From assembly GCA_002839375.1 (NCBI GenBank), contig PGXY01000004.1:277817-341816 (forward strand): 64,000 nucleotides of DNA, in the 5' to 3' direction. A model generated the notes under the pieces. It worked only from the letters and a program-made list of their open reading frames with translations. It searched no databases and had not been told where the DNA came from. Origin of the DNA: Spirochaetae bacterium HGW-Spirochaetae-1. GTDB taxonomy: Bacteria; Spirochaetota; UBA4802; UBA5550. Every line of letters starts with the position of its first letter. Position 1 is the first letter of the stretch. The position numbers and the translations under genes are program-made. Of this stretch, positions 38,843-49,620 are shown in pieces.

Positions 38843-41599
38843 ATGCTGGATTTAATACTGTATATACTGTTCGGGTCCAAATTTGAGAGAGAGATGAAGA
38901 GAATACGACCCATCGTCAATAGAATCAATTCCCTTGAAGCGGAAATGAAAAAATTGTCTTCCGATGAAATGAAAGCCAAAACCGGGGAATTCCGGGACAG
39001 GCTGAAAGGCGGAGCTAGCCTGGAGAGCCTGCTCCCCGAAGCCTTCGCTTTGGTACGTGAGGCTTCGGTGCGAACTCTGGGCATGCGGCCATTTGATGTG
39101 CAGCTCATCGGGGGAATCGTTCTGCACGAAGGCCGTATCGCCGAGATGAAGACCGGTGAGGGCAAAACACTGGTGGCTGTCATGCCGGCCTACCTGCATG
39201 CCCTGACGGACGAGGGCGTTCATATCATCACGGTAAATGACTATCTTGCCCGCCGGGATGCGCAATGGGTGGGGAGGATATACACGTTTCTCGGCCTCTC
39301 GGTCGGCGTCATCCAGCAGGATATGGATGTCCGCCAGCGGCAGATTGCCTATAACTGTGATGTCGTATATGGCATGAACAGCGAGTTCGGCTTTGATTAT
39401 CTGCGCGACAACATGGCGGTATCGAGGGCATACCGCGTGCAGCGCGGCCATGTGTATGCGATCGTCGATGAAGTTGATTCAATTCTCATAGACGAGGCCC
39501 GGACTCCCCTCATAATTTCCGGACAGGCCCCTGATTCTCAGAAGAACTATATCCTGGCCGACGGCATTGTTTCCAGGCTGAAGCCGGGAGCGGATTACGA
39601 AATCAGGGAAAAAGAGCATACTGCACTGTTCACTGAAGAGGGTGTCAGGCGCGCCGAAGGTATGCTGCATGTTGATAATTTATATGACGTCGATAACTTA
39701 GGGCTTGTTCATTGCATCGGCCAGGCACTCAAAGCACATGGCCTCTTTAAGCGTGACGTAGATTATATTGTCGAAGGGGGCCAGGTTCTCATAGTAGACG
39801 AATTCACGGGGCGCGTTATGGCAGGACGCCGTTATTCCGACGGACTCCACGAGGCGCTGGAAGCCAAGGAGGGCGTAAAAATAGCCCGTGAGACCATGAC
39901 GCATGCCACGATAAGTTTTCAGAACTATTTCCGAATGTACAAGAGACTTGCCGGCATGTCGGGCACGGCGGATTCTGAAGCCTTCGAGTTCAGAATAATT
40001 TATAATCTTGATGTGGTCGTTATACCGACAAATGAGCCCATGATACGGAAGGACCATACGGACCAGGTATTCATGACCGAGGCTGAAAAATTCGAAGCAG
40101 TGGCCCGTGAAATCGGAGATATGGCTAACAAGGGACGGCCTGTACTGACAGGAACGGTCTCCGTGGAGAAATCGGAAAAACTCTCACGAATCCTGAAAAG
40201 CAGGGGCATCCGTCACAATGTCCTTAACGCAAAGAATCATGAAAGAGAAGCGGCTGTCATAGCTGAAGCAGGGAGACCCGGGGCAGTTACTATCGCCACC
40301 AACATGGCGGGCAGGGGGACGGACATCGTTCTGGGAGGAAGCAGGACGTATATCGATGAACTGGAGGCGTATGAACCGGTTATTGATAAGGCCGCCTGGG
40401 ATGATTTCCGGGGACTGGTTTTAAAGGATGACTTAGACGCGGCAGTGGCTGTCTATGACAGGATGCCCGGCGAGGAACGGCAGAAAGCCGAAGAGATCAT
40501 TAAGAAGGCCTATGAATGGGACGGGAATCACCGCGCGGTTGTCGAGGCCGGCGGGCTTCACATCATAGGCACTGAACGCCATGAAGCAGGCCGTGTGGAC
40601 AACCAGCTGCGGGGCCGGTCCGGCCGTCAGGGGGACCCAGGTTCATCACGCTTTTTTATTTCCCTGGATGACAGCATTGTGCGGATATATGGAGCGAAGG
40701 ATCTGCCGCATGTGTTGAAGGGAATAACGGCGGTGAAGGGAGAATCGATATGGAGCAGTGATGTTTACCGGTTGATTGAAAAGGCTCAGAAAGGCGTGGA
40801 AAAAAGAAATTTTGAGATACGGAAGCATCTGCTTGATTATGATGAAATAATGAATACGCAGCGGCTCTATATCTATGGTCTCCGCGACAGAATCATTGAC
40901 GGGAATGATATTTCCGGCGATGTTATGCGTCAAATAAAGGATCTCTGCAGAAGAGAATTTGAGCCGTATCTTGATAATAAACATAATAACCATGTCGTAT
41001 ATGAGGAAATAGATCGCTGGCTCAGGTCCATGCTCGGTCTGGATATGGCGGCATTATCCATTCTTCCCGATAGTCTCACCATGGAGGAACTATCGGGCAT
41101 AATTGAAGAAAGGATCATAAGGCAGTATGCAGAAAAGAAGGAGGCGCTGGGCGCCGGCGTACTGAGCCGTGTTGAGGGAATGATAACCCTGCGGACCATT
41201 GACGCTTTATGGGTAGAGCACCTGCTGGCTATGGATGAGCTACGGGAGGGAATCTGGACCGCAGGGTACAGCGAGCGCGATCCCCTGGTAGAATACAGGA
41301 TACAGGGATCACTGCTTTTTGACCAGGTTATGCGGAATATTGAACAGGGAGTCGTTCAATTTATACTCAGGATGCCCGCGGAAGCAATGGCGGAAATGGC
41401 CCGGCAGGATACCGGTGACGGGACGGGCGATGTGGAATTCACAGGTAAGGAGTATGCGTCGGATAACAAGAAGATGAAATATTCCGAGGGCAGTTATGCC
41501 GGTGATAAAGAGCCGGGGAAGGGGAATAGTGGCAACAAGGTCCGTATTACCACGGGAGGCGTTGAGCGGAAAAGCTCCCGGCGGGCGAAACGGCGGTGA
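38843..41599 (+). CDS. secA: Preprotein translocase ATPase SecA
   Basis: N-terminus MLDLILYILFGSKFEREMKRIRPIVNRIN, Walker A MKTGEGKTL, and a DEAD-like DEVDSILIDEARTPLIIS. I set the start at ATG 38843 with an AGGAAG RBS, rather than the ORF-track 38741. Confidence 0.9.
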   Translation: MLDLILYILFGSKFEREMKRIRPIVNRINSLEAEMKKLSSDEMKAKTGEFRDRLKGGASLESLLPEAFALVREASVRTLGMRPFDVQLIGGIVLHEGRIAEMKTGEGKTLVAVMPAYLHALTDEGVHIITVNDYLARRDAQWVGRIYTFLGLSVGVIQQDMDVRQRQIAYNCDVVYGMNSEFGFDYLRDNMAVSRAYRVQRGHVYAIVDEVDSILIDEARTPLIISGQAPDSQKNYILADGIVSRLKPGADYEIREKEHTALFTEEGVRRAEGMLHVDNLYDVDNLGLVHCIGQALKAHGLFKRDVDYIVEGGQVLIVDEFTGRVMAGRRYSDGLHEALEAKEGVKIARETMTHATISFQNYFRMYKRLAGMSGTADSEAFEFRIIYNLDVVVIPTNEPMIRKDHTDQVFMTEAEKFEAVAREIGDMANKGRPVLTGTVSVEKSEKLSRILKSRGIRHNVLNAKNHEREAAVIAEAGRPGAVTIATNMAGRGTDIVLGGSRTYIDELEAYEPVIDKAAWDDFRGLVLKDDLDAAVAVYDRMPGEERQKAEEIIKKAYEWDGNHRAVVEAGGLHIIGTERHEAGRVDNQLRGRSGRQGDPGSSRFFISLDDSIVRIYGAKDLPHVLKGITAVKGESIWSSDVYRLIEKAQKGVEKRNFEIRKHLLDYDEIMNTQRLYIYGLRDRIIDGNDISGDVMRQIKDLCRREFEPYLDNKHNNHVVYEEIDRWLRSMLGLDMAALSILPDSLTMEELSGIIEERIIRQYAEKKEALGAGVLSRVEGMITLRTIDALWVEHLLAMDELREGIWTAGYSERDPLVEYRIQGSLLFDQVMRNIEQGVVQFILRMPAEAMAEMARQDTGDGTGDVEFTGKEYASDNKKMKYSEGSYAGDKEPGKGNSGNKVRITTGGVERKSSRRAKRR

Positions 41600-41717
41600 G
41601 AGACAATACCGACGGACCGGGGATATGTATGTGTGTACACTTCCCCGGCACCGGGGGGAAACAATGAGTACGGAAATATGCGGTCGATAACGAAAAAATG
41701 GTGTCGCATAACAAGAG

Positions 41718-43367
41718 TTAATTTCTGGAATGCATGAGTCTCAGAAGTTTATTTTCAAGGATTTTTTTATCGATGGGTTTTGAAATATAGTCGTCGCACC
41801 CATTGAGTATGAACCGCTCCTCGTCTCCCTTCATGGCATAGGCTGTCTGGGCTATAACGTGAATTCCCTTCATGGCCTCATTCCGCCGTATCCGCACAAG
41901 GGCTTCCTCGCCGCCCATGACCGGCATCTGCATGTCAAGCAGCAGGACATCATAGTCTTTGTCGGCGAGCATCTCCAGGGCTATTTTTCCGTTCCCGGCC
42001 ATGTCGCACCGGAATCCCAGCTTCTCGATCATCATTCGCAGTACGCGCTGATTGATTTCATTGTCTTCGGCTACGAGTATTTTCAGGTCATATATGGTTT
42101 CTGTTTTCGTTGAAGACGATTCTGGCGGCGGGACGGGCAAGGTGTCCCGGGTTTCCGAGCCGGGCATCCCGGGACGGCTTTCATCGTACTCCTCGACTGC
42201 TTCTGGCATGGGAATGGTGACGGAAAAAACTGATCCACTGCCCGGTACGCTTTCAACGGTGATGGAGCCTCCCATGAGCTGTATGAGCTGACGTGAAATG
42301 GCCAGCCCCAGACCTGTTCCGCCGAATCCGTTGCTGATGGTATCATGAGCCTGTTTGAAGGCCGTGAATATATCCTCCTGTTTTTCTTTTTCGATACCGA
42401 TGCCCGTATCTGCGATGGAAAAGGAGACAAGACCGTCAGAGTATTGAACCGTGATAGTGATACTGCCTTTCTCGGTGAATTTAAAGGCATTCCCCAGGAT
42501 ATTGAGAAGCACCTGCTTCAGGGAACGCTCATCACCAAGAACGGAAGAGGGCATCTCTTCAGGAAGCTTGATGAGATATGTCAGGCCTTTTTCGCGAGCC
42601 ATGGAATTGAACATTTCCTTGATGGATTTGAGCGTGTTAACGATATTGAAAGGCCTGTAGAGCAGATCATGCTTTCCCGCCTCGATTTTCGACAGGTCCA
42701 GAATACCGTTTATAAGCTCCAGGAGGATATTGCCTGATTTTTTCATGACTTCCAGGATATTGATTTTTGCCCGATCCGTTTCATCCTGGAGAAGTATATC
42801 GGTGAAGCCGATAAGGGCATTCATGGGTGTCCGGATCTCGTGACTCATGTTGGCGAGAAAGTGGCTCTTGGCCCGGTTTGCCTTTTCTGCCTCCAGCTTT
42901 GCCTCCAGGAGTTGCCGCTCAAATTTTTTATTATCGGTCATGTCGGTCATGAGACCCACAACGCACTGCGGTTCTCCCTGCTTGTCGCGCAGCAATACCG
43001 TTGTGCACAGGGTGGGCACCACGGTTCCTTCCTTGTTTATGAAGGAAAGCTCGCCGCGCCAGTACCCCGTTTCCAGTATTTCCTCAAAGGCCTTCTCCCG
43101 CTTTGATAATTCATCGGGGGGATAGTTATCGTGGAAATCCTTGCTGAGAAGCTCCTCTTTTGTATATCCTCTGAGTTGTTCATAGCTGCGGTTGACGAAA
43201 ATATACTTCCCGTTGATATCCTGGACCGCCACGGATTCCCTGGTCTCCTCAATAATTGCGGCATAGAGGTTCAGCCTTTCCAGGGTCAGCCGGGCATTAT
43301 CAACCAGGATGTCCATACTCTGAATGAGCTCGATGAGCTCCTTCTGCGTCATTTCTTCATATTTCAT
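41718..43367 (-). CDS. Hybrid sensor histidine kinase (PAS–HisKA–HATPase_c–REC)
   Basis: It has an H-box FLANMSHEIRTPMNAL, the G-boxes of the ATPase domain, and a C-terminal receiver (LLLDMQMP). Confidence 0.85.
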   Translation of the reverse strand: MKYEEMTQKELIELIQSMDILVDNARLTLERLNLYAAIIEETRESVAVQDINGKYIFVNRSYEQLRGYTKEELLSKDFHDNYPPDELSKREKAFEEILETGYWRGELSFINKEGTVVPTLCTTVLLRDKQGEPQCVVGLMTDMTDNKKFERQLLEAKLEAEKANRAKSHFLANMSHEIRTPMNALIGFTDILLQDETDRAKINILEVMKKSGNILLELINGILDLSKIEAGKHDLLYRPFNIVNTLKSIKEMFNSMAREKGLTYLIKLPEEMPSSVLGDERSLKQVLLNILGNAFKFTEKGSITITVQYSDGLVSFSIADTGIGIEKEKQEDIFTAFKQAHDTISNGFGGTGLGLAISRQLIQLMGGSITVESVPGSGSVFSVTIPMPEAVEEYDESRPGMPGSETRDTLPVPPPESSSTKTETIYDLKILVAEDNEINQRVLRMMIEKLGFRCDMAGNGKIALEMLADKDYDVLLLDMQMPVMGGEEALVRIRRNEAMKGIHVIAQTAYAMKGDEERFILNGCDDYISKPIDKKILENKLLRLMHSRN

Positions 43368-43615
43368 TTGAAAAATATAATATCATGGTACTTTTTCTTT
43401 TGCAAGCAGATAAGGCCGGTTTTTAGGTGGGTTTCAGATACATTAACTCACCGTATCGCTGGCTCCCGGGCCTGGAGTAAAATGGACTTATATATAAAAA
43501 CGGGGTATATTCAGGTTGAAACAGCTAATTATTTCCTGTATTCTGAAAAATAGTTGATAAAAATAATATATACTACTAAATAGACCAAAATGGTAGTATA
43601 TAAAAGGAGGCATTT

Positions 43616-44551
43616 ATGAAAATTGCTGATAGTATTGTGGATTTAATTGGTAATACACCTCTGGTAAAAATAAACGCTCTCAATAACGGCGGATACGCAC
43701 GGGTAGCGGCCAAGCTGGAATGGTTCAATCCCCTATCAAGTGTCAAGGACCGCATCGGCTTTGCCATGATTGATGCCGCTGAAAAAAAAGGCATTTTGAC
43801 GAAAGAATCAGTCATCATTGAACCCACAAGCGGGAATACGGGCATAGCCCTGGCCTTTGTAGCGGCAGCCAAAGGCTATCGCCTCATACTGACCATGCCT
43901 GAGACCATGAGCGTGGAACGCCGGAAGCTCCTGAAAGCGCTGGGTGCTGAAGTGGTTCTCACCGATGGATCGAAGGGAATGAAGGGGGCGATCGCGAAAG
44001 CGGAAGAGCTGGTAAAGGAATTACCGAAGGCATATATGCCGCAGCAGTTTAATAATCGGGCAAACCCGGAGATTCACCGGCAAACCACCGCAGAAGAGAT
44101 ATGGAACGACACCGATGGACAAATTGATATTATTGTGGGCGGCGTCGGAACGGGCGGCACGCTTACCGGTATAGGAGAGGTGATAAAACAGCGGAAGTCT
44201 TCCTGCAGGGTTGTGGCGATCGAACCGGAAGGCTCCCCTGTCCTGTCGGGCGGGCAGCCGGGTCCTCATAAGATCCAGGGTATCGGTGCGGGATTTGTAC
44301 CCGAAGTGCTGAACACGGCAATCATAGATGAAATAATACGGGTGCGAGAAACTGACGCCGGAATTGTGGCTCGCCGCCTCGCTAAAGAGGAAGGGCTCCT
44401 CGTGGGCATATCCTCCGGTGCGGCCATCTGGGCCGCGCTTCAGCTGTCCCTGCGTGAGGAGAATAGAGGAAAGCTTATAGTAGCTATCAGTCCCAGTTCC
44501 GGAGAACGGTATCTCAGTACCTGGCTCTTCGATGAACCGGATGCGGAATGA
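43616..44551 (+). CDS. cysK: Cysteine synthase A (O-acetylserine sulfhydrylase)
   Basis: It has the PLP-Lys region [11 protein letters not shown] and the N-terminus [11 protein letters not shown]. Confidence 0.9.
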   Translation: MKIADSIVDLIGNTPLVKINALNNGGYARVAAKLEWFNPLSSVKDRIGFAMIDAAEKKGILTKESVIIEPTSGNTGIALAFVAAAKGYRLILTMPETMSVERRKLLKALGAEVVLTDGSKGMKGAIAKAEELVKELPKAYMPQQFNNRANPEIHRQTTAEEIWNDTDGQIDIIVGGVGTGGTLTGIGEVIKQRKSSCRVVAIEPEGSPVLSGGQPGPHKIQGIGAGFVPEVLNTAIIDEIIRVRETDAGIVARRLAKEEGLLVGISSGAAIWAALQLSLREENRGKLIVAISPSSGERYLSTWLFDEPDAE

Positions 44552-44602
44552 CCGATTTTCTGTGGTCGGGTTACAGAAATTATCATGCGAGGAGATTGTA
44601 TC

Positions 44603-45886
44603 ATGTCCGAAAGAAAATATCGTTTTGAAACCCTGGCTCTTCACGCGGGGCAGGTTCCTGACCCGACTACGCTGTCCAGGGGCGTTCCGGTGTACCGGAC
44701 AAGCTCCTATGTGTTCAAAAACACGGAACACGCCGCGAATCTTTTTGCCTTGAAGGAACTGGGAAACATCTACTCAAGGCTCACGAATCCCACCAATGCC
44801 GTATTGGAGGATCGTGTGACGGCACTCGAAAGCGGTGCCGCATCGGTGGCACTGGCTTCGGGCACGAGCGCCATTCATTACGCCGTCATCAATCTTACCG
44901 GCCAGGGCGATGAGATCGTGGCAGCGAACAATCTCTACGGCGGCACCTACACCATGTTTGATGCTATTTTTCCGCAGTTCGGCATAACCACGAAGTTCGT
45001 TGACCCCAGGGACCCGAAAAATTTCGAGAAGGCAATCACGGCAAAGACGAAGCTGATATTCATTGAAACAATCGGCAACCCGGCCCTTGATTTTACCGAC
45101 GTAAAGGCCGTGGCTGATATCGCCCATGCCCATGGTCTCCCTCTCGTTGTGGACGCCACATTTACGACGCCGTATCTGTTGCGGACCATTGAGCACGGCG
45201 CCGATATCGTTATTAATTCCCTGACAAAATGGATCGGCGGGCACGGGTCGGCCATCGGCGGTATTGTGACCGATTCGGGGAAGTTCAACTGGAAAAGCGA
45301 CAAGTTCCCGCTCTTCAACGAACCGGACACCAATTATCACGGCCTGAGATGGGCCCATGATCTTCCTGAACCGCTGGCATCCATTGCCTATGCACTTCGC
45401 CTGCGCACGGTCCCCCTGCGGAACCTGGGAGCGGCCATTTCCCCTGACAATGCCTGGATTTTCATCCAGGGCGTGGAGACTCTGCCGATCCGTATGCAGC
45501 GGCACAGCGAAAACGCCTTGAAAGTAGCGGAATTTCTGAACAATGACAAACGGGTCGAATGGGTGCGATACCCGGGCCTTCCCGGCGATCCCTCCCATGA
45601 TACGGCAAAAAAATATCTGAAACAGGGTTTCGGCGGCATGGTGGTCTTCGGTATCAGGGGGGGATATGACGCAGCAGTGAAGCTCATTGACGGGATAGAT
45701 CTCTTTTCGCATCTCGCCAATGTCGGCGACGCCAAAAGTCTCATTCTCCATCCCGCTTCCACGTCACATTCGCAGATGAGTGATGCGCAGCAGAGGGAAG
45801 GAGGACTGACCCCGGAACTCATCAGGCTCTCCATAGGCCTGGAGCACTCCGATGACATTATCGAAGCCCTGGACAGGGCGCTGTAG
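44603..45886 (+). CDS. metY: O-acetylhomoserine aminocarboxypropyltransferase / sulfhydrylase
   Basis: It is a Cys/Met-metabolism PLP enzyme with N-terminus RFETLALHAGQ and 433 aa. Start set at ATG 44603 with a GAGGAG RBS. Confidence 0.85.
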   Translation: MSERKYRFETLALHAGQVPDPTTLSRGVPVYRTSSYVFKNTEHAANLFALKELGNIYSRLTNPTNAVLEDRVTALESGAASVALASGTSAIHYAVINLTGQGDEIVAANNLYGGTYTMFDAIFPQFGITTKFVDPRDPKNFEKAITAKTKLIFIETIGNPALDFTDVKAVADIAHAHGLPLVVDATFTTPYLLRTIEHGADIVINSLTKWIGGHGSAIGGIVTDSGKFNWKSDKFPLFNEPDTNYHGLRWAHDLPEPLASIAYALRLRTVPLRNLGAAISPDNAWIFIQGVETLPIRMQRHSENALKVAEFLNNDKRVEWVRYPGLPGDPSHDTAKKYLKQGFGGMVVFGIRGGYDAAVKLIDGIDLFSHLANVGDAKSLILHPASTSHSQMSDAQQREGGLTPELIRLSIGLEHSDDIIEALDRAL

Positions 45887-45960
45887 GGATTGCGGGAGGA
45901 ACCCTTTCCCGGCGATGCGGCAGTACCGGCATCGTCACCGGTTCCATATATATCAGGAGA

Positions 45961-46398
45961 TTGGCGATGAAACTCTCAACGAGAAGCAGGTACGGCGTAC
46001 GGATGATGCATGAACTGGCCCTTCACTATGAAGGGGAGCCGGTGATACTGAAGGATATAGCGGCACGGCAGGATATTTCCGAGAAATACCTTTCAAAGCT
46101 GGTCATTCCCCTGAAAGGGGCCAGCCTGGTGAATTCCGCCAGGGGAGCCCACGGAGGGTATACGCTGTCGCGCCATCCCTCAAAGATCACCCTCCTGGAG
46201 ATCGTAAAGATTCTTGAAGGAGGTATCACCCCCGTGGAATGTGTAAAAAATGAAAAGCTATGCGGAAGGTCCGGCTCATGTACGACGCGGGATGTCTGGT
46301 GCAGGCTTGACCGGTCAATATCGGGCTTTCTTGCGAGCGTCACCCTGGAGGACCTGGTTCAGGGAAGGGACTCCGGAACTTCGGCCTACTGTATTTAG
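45961..46398 (+). CDS. Rrf2-family transcriptional regulator (IscR/CymR-like, three conserved Cys)
   Basis: Its HTH reads MKLSTRSRYGVRMM... A C-x7-C-x5-C cluster (CVKNEKLCGRSGSC) suggests Fe-S or redox sensing. Confidence 0.8.
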   Translation: MAMKLSTRSRYGVRMMHELALHYEGEPVILKDIAARQDISEKYLSKLVIPLKGASLVNSARGAHGGYTLSRHPSKITLLEIVKILEGGITPVECVKNEKLCGRSGSCTTRDVWCRLDRSISGFLASVTLEDLVQGRDSGTSAYCI

Positions 46399-46652
46399 GA
46401 TGAGTTCACAGGAAGAGCGCGAAGGCCGCGAAGAGGAAACCCCGGTAACGTTAATCTTGCAACATGGAAATCGAAAAAAGACATGCCTGTAAGGACTTTT
46501 AAATTCAAAATCACCCCTTTCCAGAACAGGAACTAAAAATAGTATTGAAAATTCCCCAATTTCTTTGTTATACTCTATTCATCTTCAGTATTGAGGTATC
46601 ATTCCGTTTCGCTTTTACGTAAAAGTGATAAACAGTTTTTCCGGAAAGAGGG

Positions 46653-48536
46653 GTGAAAATGGACACGAGTTTGAAAGTTCTCATGGTGGATGCCGCATCG
46701 GGATATTACCGCGTGAACCGGTACCGTGTGGGTGATTTCTTCGGTCCCGTAGATCTGGGCCTGCATCTTTCGGCAAAACATAACAGTCTGAATATAGGTG
46801 CCGGGCTTCTGGCCGGGTCCATTTTTCCCGGAACAAATCGTCTTATTTTTACGGGATTTTCCCCCTGCTGGGGGGGCTTTTTTATTTCATCCATGGGGGG
46901 CGCAGCCCTGGTCTTTGACAACCTGGGAATAAACCTTCTTTCCCTGACTGGAAGGGCGCCCGTGCCTTCGGTGATGTACCTGAACCGGCTCCACGGTGAG
47001 GAGGTGGAACTGGAACTTCGCCCCGTGGACCCTGCAGCGGTGTGGGGCCAGGGAAGGGGCGGCATCTATGCCATGATGGACCATGCCTACGGGCTCTTCG
47101 GCAACCGGTACGCCACAGACCCCCGCATTCTGGCCGTTGGTCCGGCTGCCCTGGCAACGGATTTCGGCGCCATCGCCTCGGTGCCTATCACAAAGGGTGA
47201 AATCAGCTGCGTGGACACCTGGGCGGGCCGCGGCGGATTCGGTACAAAAATGCTTCGGGAGCACAATATCGCCGCCATCATCTACGGCGGTACTGTCGTG
47301 GACGAAGACTTCCGCGACCGGAAGGTGGCTGACCAGTGGTTTGTGGACAAGTACGAGAAGCGCATCGCGGCCAAGGACATCGAGGCCACGGCGAAATACC
47401 GCTTCGTGGAAAAACTCGAAACGGGCGGCACCTTCGGCGTGAACTACGCCACGCTTGCCGGGGCCATGATCTCTTTCAATTACCGCAGCATATATATGAG
47501 CGAGGAGGAGCGTCTCCGTATCCATAAAGAGTTCGTCCTGGACCACTACCTGAAGCAGTTCAACGAAGAGACCATCAAAACGAAACAGCAGAAGACCTGC
47601 GGCGAGCCCTGCGGTGCCGTGTGCAAGAAGATGAACCATGAATTCAAAAAGGACTACGAGCCCTACCAGACCATGGGCCCCCTGTCGGGGATATTCGATC
47701 AGCGGGCCGCCGAGAAGCTGAACCATCACGCCGACCTGCTGGGATTCGACGGCATTTCAGCGGGAGGCGTTGTTGCCTGGCTCATGGAATGCCTGCATGA
47801 AAAATATATTATTCCCGAAGACCTGGGAATTACCGGCGTGCCGCGCTTTTCTCCCGAAGGCTTCGATGTGGTTGGGGACTCCATGCACAACGCTGAAATC
47901 GGCGTGGCTATCCTCGATGCCATTGTTGAAAGGAAAGGGGTCCTGGACTTCAGTGAAGGCGCGCGGAAATTCGCACGCAGACTTTCCCGGGAACGGGGCG
48001 GGGCGGTCATGGACTGTTTTGTGTATAATGCCTACGCAAGAACAGGGTGGATGGTGCCAAACCAGTACTGGACCCCGGGAGCCCTGTCGCCCATGGCCAT
48101 CATGGGGAAATATTACATGCATTACGGCAGCGAGTTTGTGCCGCCCCGGGAGCTGGGCCGGAAGAACGCCGACCGGTTTAAGAAGGAGCTCGTCATGGAC
48201 AACCTGGGCCTGTGCCGCTTCCACCGGGGCTGGGGCGAGGAGATGCTTCCCGAAATCATGGAATCCCTCTACGGCATGAAGGATGAGTATCTCTCCAGTA
48301 TCTCCTTTACCGCTGCGCGGATCAACAGCAGGAATTCATCAATTTACTGGGAGTCGAAACGCAATGTGGATTTTATCCACCGGTTCCTGAAAAGGAAACG
48401 CGATGTGGAAGGGAATAAAGATCCGGTACTGCAGACCTGGATTGAGTTCTTTGACCGCGACCCCGGCGAGGCCGCGCTTTCCTTCTGGTACGAGGTGCAC
48501 AAGGGGATTACGGAGTCATTAAGGGAGTTCCGGTGA
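46653..48536 (+). CDS. Aldehyde ferredoxin oxidoreductase (AOR) family protein, putative tungsten/molybdopterin enzyme
   Basis: The N-terminal pattern LKVLMVDAASGYYRVNRYRVGDFFGPVDLGLHL resembles the AOR N-domain, and a Cys cluster KTCGEPCGAVC lies mid-protein. 627 aa. Divergent family member; the assignment is moderate. Confidence 0.5.
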   Translation: MKMDTSLKVLMVDAASGYYRVNRYRVGDFFGPVDLGLHLSAKHNSLNIGAGLLAGSIFPGTNRLIFTGFSPCWGGFFISSMGGAALVFDNLGINLLSLTGRAPVPSVMYLNRLHGEEVELELRPVDPAAVWGQGRGGIYAMMDHAYGLFGNRYATDPRILAVGPAALATDFGAIASVPITKGEISCVDTWAGRGGFGTKMLREHNIAAIIYGGTVVDEDFRDRKVADQWFVDKYEKRIAAKDIEATAKYRFVEKLETGGTFGVNYATLAGAMISFNYRSIYMSEEERLRIHKEFVLDHYLKQFNEETIKTKQQKTCGEPCGAVCKKMNHEFKKDYEPYQTMGPLSGIFDQRAAEKLNHHADLLGFDGISAGGVVAWLMECLHEKYIIPEDLGITGVPRFSPEGFDVVGDSMHNAEIGVAILDAIVERKGVLDFSEGARKFARRLSRERGGAVMDCFVYNAYARTGWMVPNQYWTPGALSPMAIMGKYYMHYGSEFVPPRELGRKNADRFKKELVMDNLGLCRFHRGWGEEMLPEIMESLYGMKDEYLSSISFTAARINSRNSSIYWESKRNVDFIHRFLKRKRDVEGNKDPVLQTWIEFFDRDPGEAALSFWYEVHKGITESLREFR

Positions 48537-48893
48537 GGGGATCACCTTTTAAAATATCCTGCTTGTAGCACCAGGCACATTGTAAGCGCTATTTACAATT
48601 TGCGCGGCTCCACTGTTTTATTGTTCGGGATAAATAATTGACATCTTATTCAGGGTATGCCAATTTTCTTGTTCCATGACAAGGGGGATGCCCGCGGTTG
48701 CACCCAGGGATTAAAGGTGAGAAGTAAATCAAACAAATGTGGATACTATATTACTAGTTGCATCTGTTGGACGTACTCCTGAATTTAGCAAAATCAACTT
48801 TTAACTTAAACCTGATAAAACTATTATCAGGCAAAGTAAATATTATGAATAATATTTTAGAGCCATTTTTTACATTATGAAGCATAAAGATAT

Positions 48894-49550
48894 ATGAGAA
48901 AATTTATATTATCAGAGAATCAGCTCCGTGTATTCCGGTTTATCATGATTCCCCTTGTTGTTATATTCATCGGGCTTTTTTTCTATGCAGAATATGAAGG
49001 AGAGAAAGAGGCACAAAAAATAATCGATGATTTCTTTCATTCAATTAGGAATATAAAAGCTGGAGATGTCCAAAAGATTTCGTTAATGAGCAGCGATGGA
49101 ATAAACAAATGTGAAATAACAATTATTAATCGAAAGGTTATTCAAGACTTCATCGAAAATATAACTCAAAGGACTGTAATAAGAGAAGATCATGCTGCTA
49201 GATTCTCATATAAGGTTGATTTAACATTAACATTTAAAGACAATTACCTGAGTTTTATGTTAAATAGTTCTCCAGTAAATAAGCTGACAACTGGTGCCAA
49301 TGATACTGTAGAAATTGCTTCATTTAAAAATGGTAATTTTACTATTGAGGACTATTTTGGTATTGATAATTATTATAAGTTTAATAAAACAATATCTGAG
49401 ATTTTTATGAAATATGGTGGTGATTTATCTGGTAATATCAGAAACGACTCCCTCTTACCCTTCATAGAAAAATACATCAAGGAACCCATGCGCAACAAGA
49501 CCATCAAAGATGAAAACGGCGTCAGCATCCGTTGCGTGGAGCTGGAATAA
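48894..49550 (+). CDS. Hypothetical membrane-anchored protein in low-GC island 2
   Basis: It has an N-terminal TM helix (FRFIMIPLVVIFIGLFFY) and lies in a roughly 30% GC island. No recognised domain. Confidence 0.5.
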   Translation: MRKFILSENQLRVFRFIMIPLVVIFIGLFFYAEYEGEKEAQKIIDDFFHSIRNIKAGDVQKISLMSSDGINKCEITIINRKVIQDFIENITQRTVIREDHAARFSYKVDLTLTFKDNYLSFMLNSSPVNKLTTGANDTVEIASFKNGNFTIEDYFGIDNYYKFNKTISEIFMKYGGDLSGNIRNDSLLPFIEKYIKEPMRNKTIKDENGVSIRCVELE

Positions 49551-49620
49551 TATCATATATATCATGGAGTCTTACATACGCAAAAACGGGAAAAAATTTT
49601 ATTTCGAAAGATAAATAAAT

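Noticed and set aside
46887-47729. 280-aa minus-strand ORF and several 60-170-aa ORFs inside the AOR-family gene
   Set aside because: Antisense/overlapping frames within a longer motif-bearing plus-strand CDS; Arg/Gly/Pro-rich low-complexity translations.
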